A stretch of 64,000 bases of DNA from the human T2T-CHM13v2.0 reference genome, Homo sapiens: assembly GCF_009914755.1 (NCBI RefSeq), contig NC_060930.1; one strand, 5' to 3'. Position 1 is the stretch's first letter. Every line of letters begins with the position of its first letter. Below, in pieces: positions 59,143 through 64,000 of the stretch. Made by a program: the position numbers and the translations under genes. The notes beneath the pieces are model-generated. The model was not told where the DNA came from and ran no database searches. It was given only the letters and a program-made list of their open reading frames with translations.

Positions 59143-60040
59143 TACAAGCATTTTTGGCTTTTTTTGACTTAGCATCACTTCCTTAAAGTTAGTCCAAGTT
59201 GTGAGGATCCACAGTTTCTTTTTGTTTCTGAGTATTATTCCATGTTATAGCTCCAGCTATATCACAGTTTAATGATTTGTCCAGTGAGGAATATTTGTGT
59301 GGTTTCCAATGTTAAGCTATTATAAATAAAGCTGGCACAAATATTTGTGTATATATTTCTGTGTAAAAATGGGTTTTCATTTCTCTGGGATAAATGCTAA
59401 AAGTGTAACTGCTGAGACATATGGTAAGTCCATTTTTTTTTAGTTTTAAAGGGAATTGTCAAATTATTTTTCTGAGTAGCTGTACCATTTTACATTCCTA
59501 TCAGCAATGTATGAGTGTCACAGTTTCTCTATGTCCTCACCAGCATTTGGTATTATTATTTTTTGTTTTAGCTATTTTAATAGGTGTGTGGTGGTATCTT
59601 ATCATGGTTTTAATTTATATTCCCTTGATTGTTAGGGTGTTGAACATCTTTTCATGTACTTATTTGCCATATGTATATCTTTTTTGGTGAAGTGTCTGTT
59701 CAGATCTTTTGCCTGGTTTTTAATTGGGGTTTTTGTTTTCTTCTTGTTAAGTTTTAAAAGTTTTTTAAAAAATATATTCTAGATGCATGTTCTTTGTTGG
59801 ATATGTGGTTCGCAAATATTTTCTACCAGGTTGTAGCATGTCTTTCATCCTCTTAACAGAATATTTTGCAGAGCAAAGATTTTAATTTCTCAGAGGTCCA
59901 GTTTACCATTTTTTTTCTTTTACAGATCATGCTTTTGGTATCAAGTATAAGAACTCTTCACTGAGTCCTAGGTCTTGAAGATATTCTCCTAATTTTTAAA
60001 GCTTTATTGCTTGTCATTGTATATTTAAGTCTATGATCCA
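59143..60040 (-). mobile_element. Old L1M (L1MC/MB-type) fragment
   Basis: TGTACCATTTTACATTCCTATCAGCAATGTATGAG and TGGTGAAGTGTCTGTTCAGATCTTTTGCC motifs. Confidence 0.85.
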
Positions 60041-60147
60041 GAATCCTCATCTATGAAATGAAGATAATAATACTACCCATGTCAAAGGGTTATTATTAGA
60101 AATAACATGTGCAAAAGTCTTGACAGTTTATTTTCCTGTGATTTTAG

Positions 60148-60339
<192 letters not shown>

Positions 60340-60449
60340 TAATTGACTTGTATTTGTAGAGTAGTCTAAGCTGCTGTTATAAGTTTACCCAAATATATTG
60401 ATAACTTAGCAGAAAACTATTGTTCTTTCACACAATAGCTCTGGAATGG

Positions 60450-60749
60450 CTATTCCCAAAAAGATCAGCAATAATGAGTGTTAATGAGAATCAAAAAAGA
60501 CCAACGATAAGTGTTGTAGACAATGTGGCAAAAGGAAACTTTTGTACATTTCTGGTGGGAATATGAATTGGTACAATCAATATGAAAAACAATATGGAGG
60601 TTCCTAAAAAAATGAAAAATAGAACTACTATATGACCCAGCAATCCCACTTCTGGGTATATATCCAAAGGAAATGAAATCAGTAGGTCAAAGAGATACCT
60701 GCATTCCATGTTCATTGTGACATTATTCACAATAGCCAAGATATGGAAG
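60450..60749 (+). mobile_element. L1M (L1MA-type) ORF2-end fragment
   Basis: AATAGAACTACTATATGACCCAGCAATCCCACTTCTGGGTATATATCCAAAGGAAATGAAATCAG. Confidence 0.88.
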
Positions 60750-61338
60750 GTTCCAGGCTGGCTGTGGCATGGGAAATGAGAGAAGTTGGGTCTCTGATAT
60801 GTTTTTCTGAGTAACTACCAAGTGGAAGTTAATACTTCATAACTGGGGTGTTGGGATTAGGGGAGAAACACATATACCTTCTTGGGAACTTGTGGACAAT
60901 GGCAGGACTTAAAAATATTCTTGCAGTATTACCCTTTGAGAAATACAGTAGATGTTTGTGATATTTATGAATCTTGTCCTTGGTCCACACATGGGACTAT
61001 GACTAGTCAGAGTTTGGGCAGTCAGAAGGGGTCTCTAACCATTTGTATTGCTTTTTTACATGTCGTGCTGATTTTATCTTCTTTGGTGGATACTTCTATG
61101 TAAACTCTGTGAAGGATTGGTGACAATGCTTACAGTGTCTCTACAACCCTAAGAAGACAGGGGTACATCGTACAGCTGCAGCTCTGCATGCATCAATTCA
61201 CATATTTGGTATCTGAACTCTTGCTAATCTTCTATGGCTTTCCTGGACTAACTCTGTAATCCAGCACAATCAAATAAGTCCATATATGGGATTACTTCTC
61301 AAAGGATGTTTATAAGACACCAAAACTGAGTAGATGCT

Positions 61339-61420
61339 TGTGTGTCAGTGTGTATGTGTGTTAGTGTGTGTGTGTGATAGAGAGGGAGAAAGAGAGAGAG
61401 AGACAGGGAGAGAGAATGAG
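61339..61420. repeat. Degenerate (TG)n(GA)n simple repeat
   Basis: Directly visible. Confidence 0.85.
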
Positions 61421-62331
61421 ATCTAAAGCCTGTGAAAGAGGCTTAATAGATGTCTCCAAACAGTAACACTGTTCTCCATCATGGTTTTCAGTAAAGGCAT
61501 TGCTGTTGTGAAATGATGTCTAAGGGGAGGAGTAGTCTGCTAGTCTTTGGGAGGTGTTTGTAAATTTGCAGAAGTTTATCAGATTTGTTGAGAAAGCAAA
61601 GGTCAGCAGCCTAGGGTTACATTTTGACAGGAGAATGATTATTCTAGAAAAGAGATACATGAGTCCTCACAGGAGAGGATAGTGAGTAATGGTAAAAACA
61701 AAGTTACCAGTGCTGAGTGCTTAAGGCATCATATTGGATTCAAACAATTAATTCCAGTTCTGATGCCCTCCAGTTGTGGGGTTGTCTTTGGCAATTTCTC
61801 CTCAGTGAACCTGAAATTTGTTAGTGTATTGTAATCTCAGTATTGTTAATAATATCTACTGATGATATTTTTGTGATTTAATATGAGATTAAATAACAAA
61901 ATCGTCTAGATCAATATATATGCAGTTCAGAAAATATTTATTCACACCTCACCTCACTCCTTAATGCACTCAGTGTTTTACCACGGGTAGGATCAGGTCC
62001 TAACATGTGGTATGAGTACCCATAAAAAGATCCTGAGTAAGGGGACATACTAGACTATTCAGTATGCCCTCTGATAACTAATCCATCAGTAGATATTTGT
62101 TCTTTGATATGACTTTGGCATAAATTAAGGTTGTTAGTTTCACAGTGAGGTTTCCCCTTATGTTTGATCAGAAGGCCTGAAACTTCTTGAAAAGAGATTT
62201 TTAAGACTGGGAAAGCAAATCTCAGAAGCACCTTGTTCATTCCTGAGGTTCTCTAGGAGGCTGATGTCAAAAATGGTTTGGATTAGTGTTTGTCTGTGAC
62301 GAGGTTTTACTCACTCGAGTAAATGAGGAGA

Positions 62332-62471
62332 ATAAGAACAATTGTAATTTCTTTAATAGAATAATTTATGTTTATTCAATTTATTAAAAACTCTGTTCTT
62401 TATAAGAATAATTGTAATTTCTTTACTAGAATAATTTATGTTTATTCAATTTATTAAAAGCTCTGTTCTTT
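62332..62471 (+). repeat. 70-bp tandem duplication (2 copies, 67/70 identical)
   Basis: 62332-62401 against 62402-62471; mismatches at 62339/62409, 62356/62426 and 62390/62460. Confidence 0.95.
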
Positions 62472-64000
62472 TGAGATTATATCATTCCTCATTTTTTTGG
62501 CTTTAAGATTTTTTCTTTATATTTATGAAGTTTTGATGATTCCTTAAAAAACAATTACTGATCCTTGAAGTCCAAATGTCTAGAAAACCATTCTTTCTGA
62601 CACTTTGCTCTCTGCTTTCAGATGTCCTTAAAAAGTCTCCTGAACTTTTGTTTTCATTACCAATCTCTAATTTCTTAGCATGTATTATATATCGCTTTCT
62701 TTTGTTTCTTTTTGGAATCTAATTTTCTTATCCAGCAAACAAATCAGTTTTTATTACATAAAATAACTCAAATTAAAATTGTTTTCTATTTTATCACATG
62801 TGTAAGTAACCACATTTACTTTTCATATAACGAAATTAGATTGAAAACTAGCAAAAATTTTGAGCACATTCTCGCCAAAGACATCATATAATTTAATAGA
62901 CGTAGAGTTTACTATTGAGAAATTTTTCTCTGGTTGAACTGGGAGACACATAATCTCCACAGAAATCTATATAACCAATTTAAGTAACTTTTTAAGATTG
63001 CCATCCTTTTGATTTTTGAACAATAAAAGTTACACTAATGAAAGGTATGAGCAAAACTATACAAGATCTTTGGAAATTGGAATTTCTAGTAATTTTATGT
63101 CATGTTTTATAAAAAGTTTAAGTGATTTAAGTTTGACTTTCATCTTGGTTTCCTGGGTAATGTGCTAGAGAAAATGGAAATGTGTGATGACATTTTATGA
63201 ACTTTAAATCATTCTTCTCTGAAAATCACTCTGGGAGTTGCCATTTAAAAACAAACACAAATAAAATAACTGAAGAGGAATAAGTATGTTGGATTAAAAC
63301 GGGTGAATGCTACTGAAATGTATTAATGGTCAAGGCTGATCTCAAAGCCAGAACTCTCCTGTCTTTCAAAATGGAAAACACCATGCATCTTTGGCATAGT
63401 GCAAATGTGGGCAATTGTGTCTCTCAGATTTAAAGATGGAATGAATACACAGATCAGAAATTTTTGATATGGTGCTCATCTGTGAATCTGGTTTCAAATG
63501 AGCACATGAGAGCTAGCCTCATGTGTAAAACTGCACAATGTTGGTTTATTCTCTGACCTAAACAAGCAAGATATGAAAACTAAGAGCAGTGAAGTTTAAG
63601 TTTTCCCTAAGATCACTTAGTGTCTTTTGATTTTTTTAATCTGTAAAATGAAGTTGAAAAGAATAGAGGTAATGTAACATATAAAGCAAGCATCATCTAT
63701 GTTGATTTCTTTGCATGTTTTCTGTGTTGTACTGAGTTGTAGGCTGAAATGTTCAGCCACGCTAAAATGTTAAACATTTTAGATCAATACCAAATAATAA
63801 CTGCAGAATTCTCCACCTACAGAGAGCTAGAGAATTTAAAAATCAGAAAGTGTCTTCTCAGTAGACAGTGACTATGGCTGTGCAAACCCAATGCATTTGG
63901 CCTGAAAAAGGATTTAAGAGCACAGGTACTTGTTAACAGGACATATTTTTGTGTTGAACATTGTAGAATTATAGAGGTTGAGATATTGTCTCTCATCATT

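Overview
Primate (almost certainly human) genomic DNA: AT-rich, CpG-depleted and dense in Alu, L1, L2, MIR, MaLR/ERV LTRs and DNA-transposon fossils. The one gene I recognise is MLIP (muscular LMNA-interacting protein, also CIP/C6orf142; 6p12 from memory). Its first coding exon (MELEKREKRSLLNKNLEEKLT, 42966-43028, + strand) follows a non-CpG-island promoter with GATA, E-box, TEAD and TATA/CArG-like motifs, and the remaining 21 kb is intron 1. A processed ERH pseudogene (- strand) sits 2.2 kb upstream, nested in an MLT1B LTR that itself splits a MIR. The most interesting signal is invisible to the ORF track: a chain of short + strand exons with good splice sites at 252-379, 485-547 and 6698-6790 that join into one 94-codon stop-free frame. 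A likely fourth exon at 8496 carries a stop and an apparent frameshift. This is either the 3' part of an unrecognised coding gene or unitary pseudogene upstream of MLIP, or an alternative in-frame N-terminus of MLIP; I do not recognise the protein family. Other structural oddities are a minimal twin-primed L1 insertion, a 30-bp inverted repeat, a 60-bp dispersed duplication, a candidate 4-nt microexon and uORFs before the MLIP ATG. Almost all supplied ORFs are chance or repeat-derived. Repeat subfamily names are from recalled consensus sequences, not from a RepeatMasker run.
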